Below are positions 9,609 through 18,725 of a stretch of DNA of 64,000 nt, piece by piece. Every line of letters begins with the position of its first letter. Position 1 is the first letter of the stretch. A program made the translations under genes and the position numbers. The DNA is from Pseudomonadota bacterium (GTDB lineage: Bacteria; Pseudomonadota; Alphaproteobacteria; Sphingomonadales; Sphingomonadaceae): NCBI GenBank assembly GCA_046765675.1, contig JBKPOR010000004.1, positions 7,740 through 71,739 on the forward strand. The letters are read 5' to 3'. A model generated the notes under the pieces. That model saw only the letters and a program-made list of their open reading frames with translations. It was not told the origin of the DNA and searched no databases.

Positions 9609-10187
9609 ATGGCCGAAGATCCCTTCCAGTTGTTCGACGAATGGTTCGCCGAAGCCCAAGCGAGCGAACCCAACGAGCCGGAAGCCATGGCCGTTGCGAC
9701 AACGGGGGCGGATGGGCAGCCGTCGGTGCGAATGGTCCTCTTGAAGGCACGCGGACCAGAGGGGTTCACTTTTTATACGCATGCACAGAGCGCGAAGGGC
9801 GAGGACCTAAACCAAAATCCCAAGGCGGCCCTGCTTTTCCATTGGAAGTCGCTATGCCGCCAAGTCCGCATCGAAGGCACTGTCGAACGGACGTCGGATG
9901 CCGAAGCCGACGCGTATTTCGCCACACGCAGCCGGGATTCGCAGATCGGCGCCTGGGCCTCCGACCAGTCGCGTCCATTGGACAACCGCGCGACGTTCGA
10001 GCGCCGCTTCGAGGAAGCGAAGCGACGGTTCGAGGGCCAGGATGTCCCCCGGCCGGATGGGTGGGGAGGATATCGCGTGGTTCCCGACCGCATTGAGTTC
10101 TGGACGGCGCGCGAGCATCGGCTGCACGAACGGCGGCTATTCACTCGCGCGGGAGACGATTGGGTCGAAGGGTTGCTCTACCCATGA
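9609..10187 (+). CDS. pdxH: Pyridoxamine 5'-phosphate oxidase
   Basis: PSVRMVLLK, RQVRIEG, SQIGAWASDQS, EFW...HRLHER motifs. Confidence 0.95.
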   Translation: MAEDPFQLFDEWFAEAQASEPNEPEAMAVATTGADGQPSVRMVLLKARGPEGFTFYTHAQSAKGEDLNQNPKAALLFHWKSLCRQVRIEGTVERTSDAEADAYFATRSRDSQIGAWASDQSRPLDNRATFERRFEEAKRRFEGQDVPRPDGWGGYRVVPDRIEFWTAREHRLHERRLFTRAGDDWVEGLLYP

Positions 10188-11119
10188 CGACGGCCAAGGT
10201 CGCCGCCGAGCATTCGGCTTATGCGACGCGCGCGGCGATCGCGAGCGTCACACTGGCGCTCGTGCTGCTGCTCGCCAAGTCTTGGGCAGCCTATGCGACC
10301 GATTCAACCGCGCTGCTCGGTTCGCTCGCCGACACGGCGTTGGACGTGATCGCCAGCGTCACGACTCTCGTGGGCGTCCGGATCGCGGCCGTTCCCGCCG
10401 ATACCGACCACCGCTTCGGCCACGGGAAGGCCGAAGCATTGGTCGCGCTGGCGCAAGTCGGGATGATCACCGTATCCGCAATTGGAATTGCGTGGCGTGC
10501 CGTCGATCGGTTGCTGAACGGGCGCGAGACCGAGGCGATGGGCCTGGGTATCGGAGTGTCGCTGCTCGCCATCGCCGCAACTTTTCTCCTGCTTTGGTAC
10601 CAGCGCATCGTGATCGCGCGCACCGGATCGATCGCGATCAAGACCGACAACGTCCATTACAAATCCGATCTGTTCCTCAACGGTTCGGTCATCGTCGCGC
10701 TGATCCTCGACCAGGCCCTGCATGTTCAAGGTGCCGACGCGGCGTTCGGAATCGGGATCGCCTTGTGGTTGTTGTGGGGCGCATGGAGAGCTTCCGGCGA
10801 GGCCGTCAATCAGTTGATGGACAAGGAGTGGCCCGAAGCGGAGCGCGAGCGCTTTCTTTCGGCGGCGGCTGAATATCCCGAACTCGCCGGCCTGCACGAT
10901 TTAAGAACCCGCAGGAGCGGGACCGTGCGCTTTGTCCAGTTCCACGTCTGGGTCCCCGCGAACTGGACGGTGCAAGAGGCTCACGATCGGCTTGATACGG
11001 TCGAAGAGGAATTGCAGCGCCGGTTCCCCGGAACGGAGATCCTGATCCACGTCGATCCGGAGGGCCAGACCGACCGCGAGACTCTGCTTCCCCAGGAGAT
11101 TACGGAGAAGGCGACATGA
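10184..11119 (+). CDS. Cation diffusion facilitator family transporter (FieF-like)
   Basis: SLADTALD, HRFGHGKAE, HYKSD, HDLRTR motifs; ATGA overlap with pdxH. Confidence 0.92.
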   Translation: MTTAKVAAEHSAYATRAAIASVTLALVLLLAKSWAAYATDSTALLGSLADTALDVIASVTTLVGVRIAAVPADTDHRFGHGKAEALVALAQVGMITVSAIGIAWRAVDRLLNGRETEAMGLGIGVSLLAIAATFLLLWYQRIVIARTGSIAIKTDNVHYKSDLFLNGSVIVALILDQALHVQGADAAFGIGIALWLLWGAWRASGEAVNQLMDKEWPEAERERFLSAAAEYPELAGLHDLRTRRSGTVRFVQFHVWVPANWTVQEAHDRLDTVEEELQRRFPGTEILIHVDPEGQTDRETLLPQEITEKAT

Positions 11120-11901
11120 CCAGCCTGCCCTTCTTCCAGGTCGACGCGTTCGCCGACCGGCCACTGACCGGAAACCCGGCCGCGATCATGCCTCTCGAAC
11201 GCTGGCTCGACGATGCGCTGATGCAGGCGATCGCCGCCGAGAATAATCTCAGCGAAACCGCCTTCACGGTCCCGAGCGAAGACGACGATGCCGATTATGA
11301 GCTGCGTTGGTTCACCCCGACGAGCGAAGTCGAGCTGTGCGGTCACGCGACGCTCGCCGCGGGGCATGTGCTCATTCATTCGGAACCGGTGCGCTTCGCG
11401 ACGCTTCGCGCCGGCGTTCTCACCGTCAATCGGCGCAACGACCTGCTGGAACTGGATATTCCGGCGCCTCCGCTTACCGAGGTGGACGAGCCGGAGATCA
11501 CTCGCGCACTTGGACTCGCTAATTCGCCGACGTGGCTGGCCGAAGGCTGCAACGATGCCGCCATAATCGAGGTCGCGGACGAAGCGGCGGTCAGGGCCGT
11601 CCAGCCTAATTTCGACGCGCTCGGGCAAATCCACCGAATGGCGGTGGTGACCGCACGCGGCACGGATTACGACATCGTCAGCCGCATATTCGTCCCGTAC
11701 CTCGGGATCGACGAGGATCCGGTGACCGGGTCGGCCCACGCCGCCCTCGCCGCATATTGGGCAAAACGGCTCGGCAGGAATGAGTTCACTGCGCTGCAGG
11801 CGAGCAAGCGGACGGGCGTCCTCCATTGCCGGCTCGAGGCCGATCGGGTCTTGCTGGGCGGCAAGTGCCACACGGTGATTGCCGGACAATTCCAGCTTTG
11901 A
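11116..11901 (+). CDS. PhzF family epimerase/isomerase
   Basis: QVDAF...GNPA, NLSETAF, LCGHATLA, EDPVTGSAH motifs. Confidence 0.93.
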   Translation: MTSLPFFQVDAFADRPLTGNPAAIMPLERWLDDALMQAIAAENNLSETAFTVPSEDDDADYELRWFTPTSEVELCGHATLAAGHVLIHSEPVRFATLRAGVLTVNRRNDLLELDIPAPPLTEVDEPEITRALGLANSPTWLAEGCNDAAIIEVADEAAVRAVQPNFDALGQIHRMAVVTARGTDYDIVSRIFVPYLGIDEDPVTGSAHAALAAYWAKRLGRNEFTALQASKRTGVLHCRLEADRVLLGGKCHTVIAGQFQL

Positions 11902-13169
11902 CTGACGCGCCGCGTCTAAAGCGGACGATTGGCCTCTCGGGCTCAGCATTGCTTTCATTCAACGGAGCTGTCGGGGCGGCCATCTTCGCTCTTCCGGCAA
12001 CACTTGCGGCCGACTTCGGCACTTTCTCGCCTTGGCTGTTCCCTCTGGTTGCAGTGGGAGCGATGCTCGTAATCTGGCCGTTTACGAGGAGCGTCGCAGC
12101 ATTTCCGCAAAGCGGCGGACCTGCGACTTACGGTCGCGTATTCGGACGGCTCGCAGGGTTCGAGCTCGGCTGGATCTATTATGTCGCCCGGGCGGCCGCA
12201 TTTGCCGCCAACGCGAACGTGCTCGTCGCCTATCTGGGACGCTGGCTGCCACCAATCGAGTCCGGCCTTGCACGGGCTGTGACACTAATCGCGGTCTGTG
12301 GGGCGCTGGCGACCGCCAACATCATCGGGGTGAAGCGGGCGCTGGGGCTCCTTGCCGGATTGACTGCATTGAAGACGATTCCGCTACTGCTCGGCGCCCT
12401 TGCGGCGCTCGTCTTGTTTGGGCCGATCCCTGCTCCGGGCGCGCGCCCACCCCTGTCTGAGTTCGAGACGGGCGCCTTGCTCGTCTTCTACGCATTCGTC
12501 GGCTTCGAGAATCTCGTTGTTCCGGCCGGCGAAACGAAGGAGCCTGGAACCACCCTGCCACGGGCGATCTTCGTTTCGATCGCGACGACTACGCTGCTCT
12601 ACTTTCTCGTCCAGCTCGCGTTCGTCACGATGTTTCCTACCGGCGGCGCCGACAAGAGCGCGCCGCTGGTCGACGTCGGCGCAAGGCTCGCCGGCGCCGC
12701 GGGAGCTTCGATCCTCATTCTTACCGCCATCGCCTCCGTCGGCGGCAACCTCCACGGAATCATGACCTCTGTCCCGCGTCTAACCTATGCAATGGCCGAG
12801 CGCGGCGACCTGCCTCGCTGGTTCGCTTCGGTCAGCCCACGTTATGCGACCCCCGCCAATTCGATTGCCTTTCTGGCGGTAGTGACAGCGATTCTTGCCG
12901 TCAGCGGCAGTTTCGTCTGGCTGGCGGTGGTGAGCACGCTGGCGCGGATGTTCGTCTATGCAGTCACGATCGCCGCTTTGCCGCGCGCTCCCGGCGGGTC
13001 GCGGATGACCCCGATCCACTGGCTCGGTGGAGCGATCGGCATCGCGATTTGCGCCTGGGCGGCCGCACAGGCCGACACAAAGGCTTGGATCATGCTCGGA
13101 GTGCTAGCCGTCGCGGGACTGGTTCTCTACGCGCTCTCATCCGTTCCCAGAATGAAAGATCGGCGATGA
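11898..13169 (+). CDS. APC family amino acid permease
   Basis: GAVGAAIFALP, YAFVGFE motifs and about 12 TM segments; TTG start overlapping the phzF stop. Confidence 0.88.
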   Translation: MTDAPRLKRTIGLSGSALLSFNGAVGAAIFALPATLAADFGTFSPWLFPLVAVGAMLVIWPFTRSVAAFPQSGGPATYGRVFGRLAGFELGWIYYVARAAAFAANANVLVAYLGRWLPPIESGLARAVTLIAVCGALATANIIGVKRALGLLAGLTALKTIPLLLGALAALVLFGPIPAPGARPPLSEFETGALLVFYAFVGFENLVVPAGETKEPGTTLPRAIFVSIATTTLLYFLVQLAFVTMFPTGGADKSAPLVDVGARLAGAAGASILILTAIASVGGNLHGIMTSVPRLTYAMAERGDLPRWFASVSPRYATPANSIAFLAVVTAILAVSGSFVWLAVVSTLARMFVYAVTIAALPRAPGGSRMTPIHWLGGAIGIAICAWAAAQADTKAWIMLGVLAVAGLVLYALSSVPRMKDRR

Positions 13170-13627
13170 AAAGCGCCGTCCTGATTGCCCTCGCGCTGAT
13201 TGCGGCGCCTGCCGAATCAAGCCCGAAATCCGAGCGCGCGGCGATCCTGAACGTCATTCACCGCATGGAAGCCGCATGGAACCGCGGCGACTTCCGCGGC
13301 TATATGGCCGGCTTCAAGAATCCCGATGTCGTCTTCGTTTCCGGCGGCAAGTTCCAGGACGGGTGGCAAGGAACGCTCGAACATTATATCCGCGATTACG
13401 GCGGCTGGCCCGAGCGGCGAGGGAAGCTTCACTTCTACAATATGAAGGTCGACCTGCTCGGGCCCGACGCGGCAATGCTCATCGGTCAGTACCGGCTGGA
13501 GCGGGGCGATCGAGTGACCGAGGGCGTGAATACGCGGCTGTTCCGGAAAGTGCGCTGCCGCTGGCTCATCACGATGAACCACGTTTCGGCTTACGACGTG
13601 GTTCCGACCTCGCCAGCAGCGAAATAA
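13166..13627 (+). CDS. Exported YybH/DUF4440 (NTF2-like) protein
   Basis: Signal peptide, then AAWNRGDFRGYM and HVSA C-terminal motif. Confidence 0.8.
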   Translation: MKSAVLIALALIAAPAESSPKSERAAILNVIHRMEAAWNRGDFRGYMAGFKNPDVVFVSGGKFQDGWQGTLEHYIRDYGGWPERRGKLHFYNMKVDLLGPDAAMLIGQYRLERGDRVTEGVNTRLFRKVRCRWLITMNHVSAYDVVPTSPAAK

Positions 13628-14684
13628 GATCGGCTTTCCAGAATTTCGCCCAGGTGTGGGTGCCGTGCCCGTGTGTGTCCGGAGTTTCCGCAATCAGCCT
13701 GAAGCGAGCGGTCGTCATCCGCTTCAATGCTTTCTGAGGAACGTCCAGGTTGCGCGGATTGATGAAATCGTCGGCCGAATTGATCCACGTCAGCGGCACC
13801 CGAATCCGCTCGAGGTTCGGCCACGGATTGTAGTTTCGCGACGAATCTATCTGATAGATGAGATCGTTGGCGTCGAGGTCCTTGAGCGCGGTCGAGACAC
13901 GTTCCTCGGCGAATGCGCTTGCGGCTTGTCGCGTCGGATATTGGGCCTGGTAGTTGATGGGGGCGGATCCGGCGACGAACAGTAGGTTCTGGGCGGCACG
14001 CAGGCCGACGACCGGCTCGGCCTTATACTCGCCGTTCTTCCAGGCCGGATCGGCTTCGATCCCATTGATTGCGAGTTGACGCCACATGCGATTGAGCCCG
14101 GCGATTTCGATCGGCTCGCAGGCGAGCGGCATCAGCGCGCTGGCGAAGACGGGGTAGGTCTCGGCCCACACGAAACTGTGCATGCACCCCATCGACGTGC
14201 CCATGATGAGGCGCATGCGCTCGATGCCGAGGCCTTCGACGAGCATCCGGTGCTGCGCTTCGACCATGTCGTCGTAGTCGTATTTCGGAAAGCGCATTCG
14301 AAGGCCGTCGGATGGCTTCGACGATTTGCCGTGGCCGATATTGTCCGGAAGGATGATCCAGTAGCGGCGGATGTCGAGCGGCTGGCCCGGGCCATAGAGC
14401 TCATTGGCGAATTGCGGGCGCAGGAATTGCTTGCCGTCGCCCCCGGTGCCGTGAAGTACCATCACCGCATTGTCGATTTGACCCTTCGCGTTGCGGTGCG
14501 GTTTCCCAAGCGTGGTGTAATGAATCCGAAGCTCAGGCAGCGTTTCGCCTGAGCGGAAGCGGAAGTCCTTGAGAACGACGTCAGCCTCGCGTGTCGGCCA
14601 ATTTTTCGCCGAAACGGGTGCCGGAGCGCCCCATCCAGATGGCGGTGCGACCAGGGCGGCAAGCGCGATGAGCAACCCAAACAT
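13569..14684 (-). CDS. Exported alpha/beta hydrolase of the homoserine acetyltransferase (MetX) fold
   Basis: LHGTGG, PDNIGHGKSSKPSDG, GTSMG nucleophile elbow, NSADD, HGHGTH; N-terminal signal peptide MFGLLIALAALVAPP. Confidence 0.85.
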   Translation of the reverse strand: MFGLLIALAALVAPPSGWGAPAPVSAKNWPTREADVVLKDFRFRSGETLPELRIHYTTLGKPHRNAKGQIDNAVMVLHGTGGDGKQFLRPQFANELYGPGQPLDIRRYWIILPDNIGHGKSSKPSDGLRMRFPKYDYDDMVEAQHRMLVEGLGIERMRLIMGTSMGCMHSFVWAETYPVFASALMPLACEPIEIAGLNRMWRQLAINGIEADPAWKNGEYKAEPVVGLRAAQNLLFVAGSAPINYQAQYPTRQAASAFAEERVSTALKDLDANDLIYQIDSSRNYNPWPNLERIRVPLTWINSADDFINPRNLDVPQKALKRMTTARFRLIAETPDTHGHGTHTWAKFWKADLISLLARSEPRRKPKRGSS

Positions 14685-14685
14685 C

Positions 14686-15150
14686 CTACCCCCTCGATCT
14701 GGCTTCCAGTGCGTCGAGCAACGGAAGCTGGCTTGGGAGCATAAACTCCCGAGCTTCGGCAAGGCTCATCCACCGCCCCTCGGCCGCTTCCGGAAAGCGC
14801 TCGATCCGACCGCTTCTCGGGGGCCATTCGAGCTCGAATTCGTTGGAGCGGATGCCGGCAGGATCGAGATCGCCTTCGACCGCGAAAGCCTCGACGACCT
14901 TGCCGCCGGCCTGGCGAATCTTCGCGAGCGGGAACGGAACGGACTGAAGGCGGGTTCCGGTCTCCTCCTCGAATTCGCGGAGCGCGGCTTCCGCGGGCGC
15001 CTCGTCGGGTTCAACCAAGCCCTTGGGAATCATCCAGGCGCCGGCATCCTTGTTCCGCCAGAACGGGCCGCCCGGCTTGATCAGCAGGACTTCCAGCGTG
15101 CCCGCGCGTTCGCGGAAGAGCAGGATGCCGGCGCTGAACGGCGCAGGCAC
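14686..15150 (-). CDS. NUDIX hydrolase
   Basis: Nudix box GLVEPDEAPAEAALREFEEETG; GTG start overlapping the mnmA stop. Confidence 0.88.
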   Translation of the reverse strand: MPAPFSAGILLFRERAGTLEVLLIKPGGPFWRNKDAGAWMIPKGLVEPDEAPAEAALREFEEETGTRLQSVPFPLAKIRQAGGKVVEAFAVEGDLDPAGIRSNEFELEWPPRSGRIERFPEAAEGRWMSLAEAREFMLPSQLPLLDALEARSRG

Positions 15151-16256
15151 TAAGCCGCGACGAGCTCGCGGGCGGCGACGGTCTGGGCGATCCACCCACC
15201 GCCGAGCAGGCGAGTGCCCTCATAAGCGACCGCCGCCTGACCCGGCGCGACTCCATATTCAGGCTGGGCAAAGCGCACCCGATCGCCTTCGCGGGTCGCC
15301 GCCACTGCCGGCGCGAGCGAGCGCACCTTTACGCTGACGTCCCGCTGGTCCTCGCCAAGCCAGTTCCAGCCTTCGACCCGCATCTCTTCGACTGCGAGCG
15401 CTCGGCGTGGGCCAACGACGAGCCGCCGGGTCTCGGGTTCGATCCGGACCACATAGAGCGGCTCGCTCTGCCCGCCGAGCTCAATGCCGCGCCTCTGACC
15501 CACGGTGAAATGAATGACACCGCGATGCCGGCCAAGCACGCGCCCGGCCAGGTCGACGATTTCGCCCTCGGCCTCGGTCTCCGGCCTTATGCGTTTGACC
15601 AGGCCGGCGTAATCGCCGTCCGGGACGAAACAGATGTCCTGGCTGTCCGGCTTGGCGGCGACTTCCAGACCGAGCTCGGCGGCGATCCGGCGAACCTCCG
15701 GCTTGGGCAAATCTCCCAGCGGAAAGCGCAGGAAATCCAGCTGCTCGGCGGTGGTCCCGTAGAGGAAATAGCTCTGGTCGCGCCGCAGATCGGCGCCCTT
15801 GTGCAGCTCCACCCGGTCCCCATTCACGACGCGGCGGACATAATGGCCGGTGGCGAGGCAGTCGGCGCCGAGCTCTCGCGCGAAAGCGATGAGATCCGTG
15901 AACTTCACGCCCTGGTTGCACACAGCGCAGGGGATCGGCGTTCGCCCATGCGCATATTCGTCGACGAACCGGTCGATGACTCCCAGCCGGAAACGGCTTT
16001 CATAGTCGAGTACGTAATGCGCGATCCCGAGCCGGTCGGCGACGCTCTTCGCATCGTAAATGTCCTGCCCCGCGCAACAGGAGCCCGGCCGTCGCGCAGC
16101 CGCTCCATGATCGTAGAGCTGGAGAGTGACCCCGATCACTTCGGCGCCGGTCTTCGCCGCAAGCGCAGCCGTCACCGAGCTGTCGACTCCGCCCGACATG
16201 GCGACGACGATGCGCGCGGCGCTGGAAGGGCGCTTGAGATCGAATTCGCTGGTCAT
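15150..16256 (-). CDS. mnmA: tRNA 2-thiouridine(34) synthase MnmA
   Basis: [41 protein letters not shown] motifs. Confidence 0.96.
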   Translation of the reverse strand: MTSEFDLKRPSSAARIVVAMSGGVDSSVTAALAAKTGAEVIGVTLQLYDHGAAARRPGSCCAGQDIYDAKSVADRLGIAHYVLDYESRFRLGVIDRFVDEYAHGRTPIPCAVCNQGVKFTDLIAFARELGADCLATGHYVRRVVNGDRVELHKGADLRRDQSYFLYGTTAEQLDFLRFPLGDLPKPEVRRIAAELGLEVAAKPDSQDICFVPDGDYAGLVKRIRPETEAEGEIVDLAGRVLGRHRGVIHFTVGQRRGIELGGQSEPLYVVRIEPETRRLVVGPRRALAVEEMRVEGWNWLGEDQRDVSVKVRSLAPAVAATREGDRVRFAQPEYGVAPGQAAVAYEGTRLLGGGWIAQTVAARELVAA

Positions 16257-16269
16257 GGGAATGGCCGAA

Positions 16270-16284
16270 TTAATATCTCTTTAC
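16270..16284. promoter_or_regulatory. Candidate CtrA box TTAA-N7-TTAC
   Basis: TTAA tatctct TTAC, one mismatch to TTAA-N7-TTAA, in the mnmA/sciP divergent region. Confidence 0.5.
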
Positions 16285-16344
16285 CCGAATTTCACTCCTC
16301 GCGGCTAGAGATACTCCCAACTTGGGTTTCGTAAGGGGTCAATT

Positions 16345-16566
16345 TTGGCGCGTCACGAGCCGGAAATTCGGGCCGCAGATGGGCCGCTGAGTCTCAAGGA
16401 ACTTCGTGCGTTGCTTGGCGAGACCAAGGCCGATGCGGAGCGCGACCGCCAGGAGGCGATCGCTTGTTACCTGTCGGCCGGCGAGGGGTGGAGCGAGGCA
16501 GTTCAAAGGCTCGACGGCGCGTTTGCCGCCGAGTCGAGAGAGTTAAAGGATCGTAAGGCGGACTGA
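16345..16566 (+). CDS. Hypothetical 73-aa protein upstream of sciP
   Basis: TTG start with upstream AAGGGG. It fills an otherwise empty intergenic gap and has a helical, charged composition. Confidence 0.45.
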   Translation: MARHEPEIRAADGPLSLKELRALLGETKADAERDRQEAIACYLSAGEGWSEAVQRLDGAFAAESRELKDRKAD

Positions 16567-16657
16567 CCGTGTCATTAACCAGCGCGCTTCAGAATCTTTT
16601 CAATCGGATGCGCTTAAACCGTACGCATCAACAATGATTAAGCAGGTTTGATCAGGA

Positions 16658-16957
16658 ATGCTCGAGAATCAAAAGTTCCGTCCGGCTCAAGTCATCGGCC
16701 CGCTCGGCGAGCCGCTGACTCTCGACAGCCTGCCGCCTGCCGAAACGACCCGCTGGGTCGTCCGGCGCAAGGCCGAGGTCGTGGCCGCCGTTTCCGGGGG
16801 CCTTTTGACCGTGGACGAAGCCTGTCAGCGCTACTCCCTCAGCCTCGAGGAGTTCACGAGCTGGCAGCGCGCGGTCGACCGCAGCGGCATGCCTGGGCTG
16901 CGCGTCACGCGGATCAAGCAGTACCGCGATCAGTACGAGCGCCAACAGCGTTACTAA
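16658..16957 (+). CDS. sciP: CtrA-inhibitory protein SciP (DUF1153)
   Basis: VIGPLGEPLTLDSLPP..TTRWVVRRKAEVVAAV.GGLLT...C.RY.LS.EEF..W...G..GLRVTR signature. Confidence 0.93.
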   Translation: MLENQKFRPAQVIGPLGEPLTLDSLPPAETTRWVVRRKAEVVAAVSGGLLTVDEACQRYSLSLEEFTSWQRAVDRSGMPGLRVTRIKQYRDQYERQQRY

Positions 16958-17054
16958 GCGGAAAGCTCGTTACGGTTGCGATTTCGTCGAGCTTAGCCGC
17001 GGCTTGAATGCCTCGGCTCGATCAACCTAATTGTGGACAGACCCTCCCAAATCC

Positions 17055-17082
17055 GGAACAACGACCGCGCATCGCGCGTCTA
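17055..17082 (+). promoter_or_regulatory. Candidate ECF sigma (EcfG/SigT-like) promoter
   Basis: GGAAC (17055-17059), 17-nt spacer, CGTCTA (17077-17082), upstream of a stress membrane protein gene. Confidence 0.5.
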
Positions 17083-17137
17083 GATGCCGGAGTGGCCGCC
17101 GAGTGCTGAGGTGGCCGAACAACAGGAGGGAGAGCTC

Positions 17138-17392
17138 ATGGGTATCATTATCTGGCTGATCGTTGGCGGTATCGTCGGCTGGCTTGCGAGCCTCATCATG
17201 CGCACGGACGCCCAGCAAGGCGTCATCTTGAACATCGTCGTGGGTATCGTCGGCGCGGTCATCGCCGGCCTCGTGCTCGGCAAGGGCAACATCAACGCCG
17301 GCCTCACCGTCGAGACATTCCTGTGGTCGCTGCTAGGTGCGGTGATCCTTCTTGCCGTGGTTAACCTCATTCGCAGGGGAAGCGTCCGCTAA
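17138..17392 (+). CDS. GlsB/YeaQ/YmgE family stress-response membrane protein
   Basis: IIWLIVGGIVGWLASLIM...NIVVGIVGAVIAG...SLLGAVILL; RBS GGAGGG. Confidence 0.9.
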   Translation: MGIIIWLIVGGIVGWLASLIMRTDAQQGVILNIVVGIVGAVIAGLVLGKGNINAGLTVETFLWSLLGAVILLAVVNLIRRGSVR

Positions 17393-17412
17393 CCCGGCGA
17401 CGTCTGAATTTC

Positions 17413-17446
17413 GAAGGGCCGCCCGGGCGACTGGGCGGCCCTCTTC
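17413..17446. terminator. GC-rich hairpin between convergent genes (probably bidirectional terminator)
   Basis: GGGCCGCCC/GGGCGGCCC stem with flanking T-rich tracts. Confidence 0.7.
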
Positions 17447-17452
17447 GTTCGC

Positions 17453-18190
17453 TCACCGGAGCTCATAGACCATGCCCAGCGTCACCTGGACCTTTTGTTC
17501 GCCGGGATCGATCTTGGTCGCAACGCCGCCCTGCGCACGAGCCTCCATCATCACCGGCATCGGCGGCGGCACTGGATAGCTCCCGCCGCCTTCGCTGACC
17601 GACACCAGCCGGAGGACGCGCATTCCAAGCGCCCGGGCATAGGTATCGGCGCGAGCCCGGCCGATTCCAAGCGCCTTGATTCGAGCTTCGTCGAGCGCTT
17701 CCTCGGGCTTGTCGATCGTCAGGCTCGGGCCGTTGATCGAGTTTGCTCCTTCGGCGACCAGCGCGTCGAGGATGTCACCGCTCTTGGCAATGTCCCGGAA
17801 GCGAACATTGACCTGATTCGACGCGGTGTAACCGGTCAATCGAGGCGGCTGGTCCTGGACGTAGCGATATTCCGGATTGAGGCTGATGTTGCTGGTCTGG
17901 ATGTCACGATCGGCAATGCCCGCGCGTTTGAGCGAGGAGCGGACACGGTCCATCCGTGCCGCATTCTGCTCGAGAGCGGCGCGCGCCGTCGATGACCGGG
18001 TGATTACACCAGCCGTGATCACCGCAACGTCTGGAACCCGCGTCGCCTCACCGGTCGCGCTGATATCGAGGCGCGTCCCGGCGATCGCCTGGGTGATCGA
18101 AGGCTGCTGCTGAGCCGCCGCCGGAGTTGCGAATGACGCAGCGACGAGGGCCGTCGCAAACCATGCATGTTTCATCACTGGGATCCTCAT
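17453..18190 (-). CDS. SIMPL domain (DUF541) periplasmic protein
   Basis: Signal peptide; ATGEATRVPDVA, IQTSNISLNPEY, GYTASN, PGEQKVQVT patterns. The start could also be at 18175. Confidence 0.88.
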   Translation of the reverse strand: MRIPVMKHAWFATALVAASFATPAAAQQQPSITQAIAGTRLDISATGEATRVPDVAVITAGVITRSSTARAALEQNAARMDRVRSSLKRAGIADRDIQTSNISLNPEYRYVQDQPPRLTGYTASNQVNVRFRDIAKSGDILDALVAEGANSINGPSLTIDKPEEALDEARIKALGIGRARADTYARALGMRVLRLVSVSEGGGSYPVPPPMPVMMEARAQGGVATKIDPGEQKVQVTLGMVYELR

Positions 18191-18252
18191 TGTCGTCGAG
18201 CGATCATACGTCACTCAACGGCAATGGCTGGATGATGAACGCGACCGCAGGC

Positions 18253-18522
18253 TTACAAACCGCGGCGCCGTCCGGCGACTATCCTGTAAATGACGAGAAG
18301 GATGATCGCGCCGACGATCGCGGCGATGAAACCCGCCCCTTCCCCCGTTTTGTACCAGCCGATCGCATGGCCGATCCAGCCGGCCAAAAGCGCTCCGGCG
18401 ATGCCGAGCAGGATGGTGACGATGCAGCCGCCCGGGTCGCGGCCCGGAGTCAGCAGCTTAGCAATGGCCCCGGCGATTCCGCCGAGCACGATCCACGCGA
18501 TAATCCCATAATTTTCCATCAT
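18253..18522 (-). CDS. Second GlsB/YeaQ/YmgE family membrane protein
   Basis: IIAWIVLGGIAGAIAKLLTPGRDPGGCIVTILLGIAGA...AIVGAIILL. Confidence 0.9.
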   Translation of the reverse strand: MMENYGIIAWIVLGGIAGAIAKLLTPGRDPGGCIVTILLGIAGALLAGWIGHAIGWYKTGEGAGFIAAIVGAIILLVIYRIVAGRRRGL

Positions 18523-18725
18523 CCGACTTCCCTTTGCGTCACAGCTAATGCACTACGCCGCGGGGCGGCTGATTGGCCCAACGCTCGCTCGCGGCGCACG
18601 GGCCCCCGTTAGTCGAAATTCGATGGCAATGTCGTTCGCGCGACGGTCTGTTGCGCTAGGTGAGTTATTAGATTAATACAGCTCGCATTGGCCGGGATTG
18701 GCAGATTCGCGAGACTGAGCAGGGA

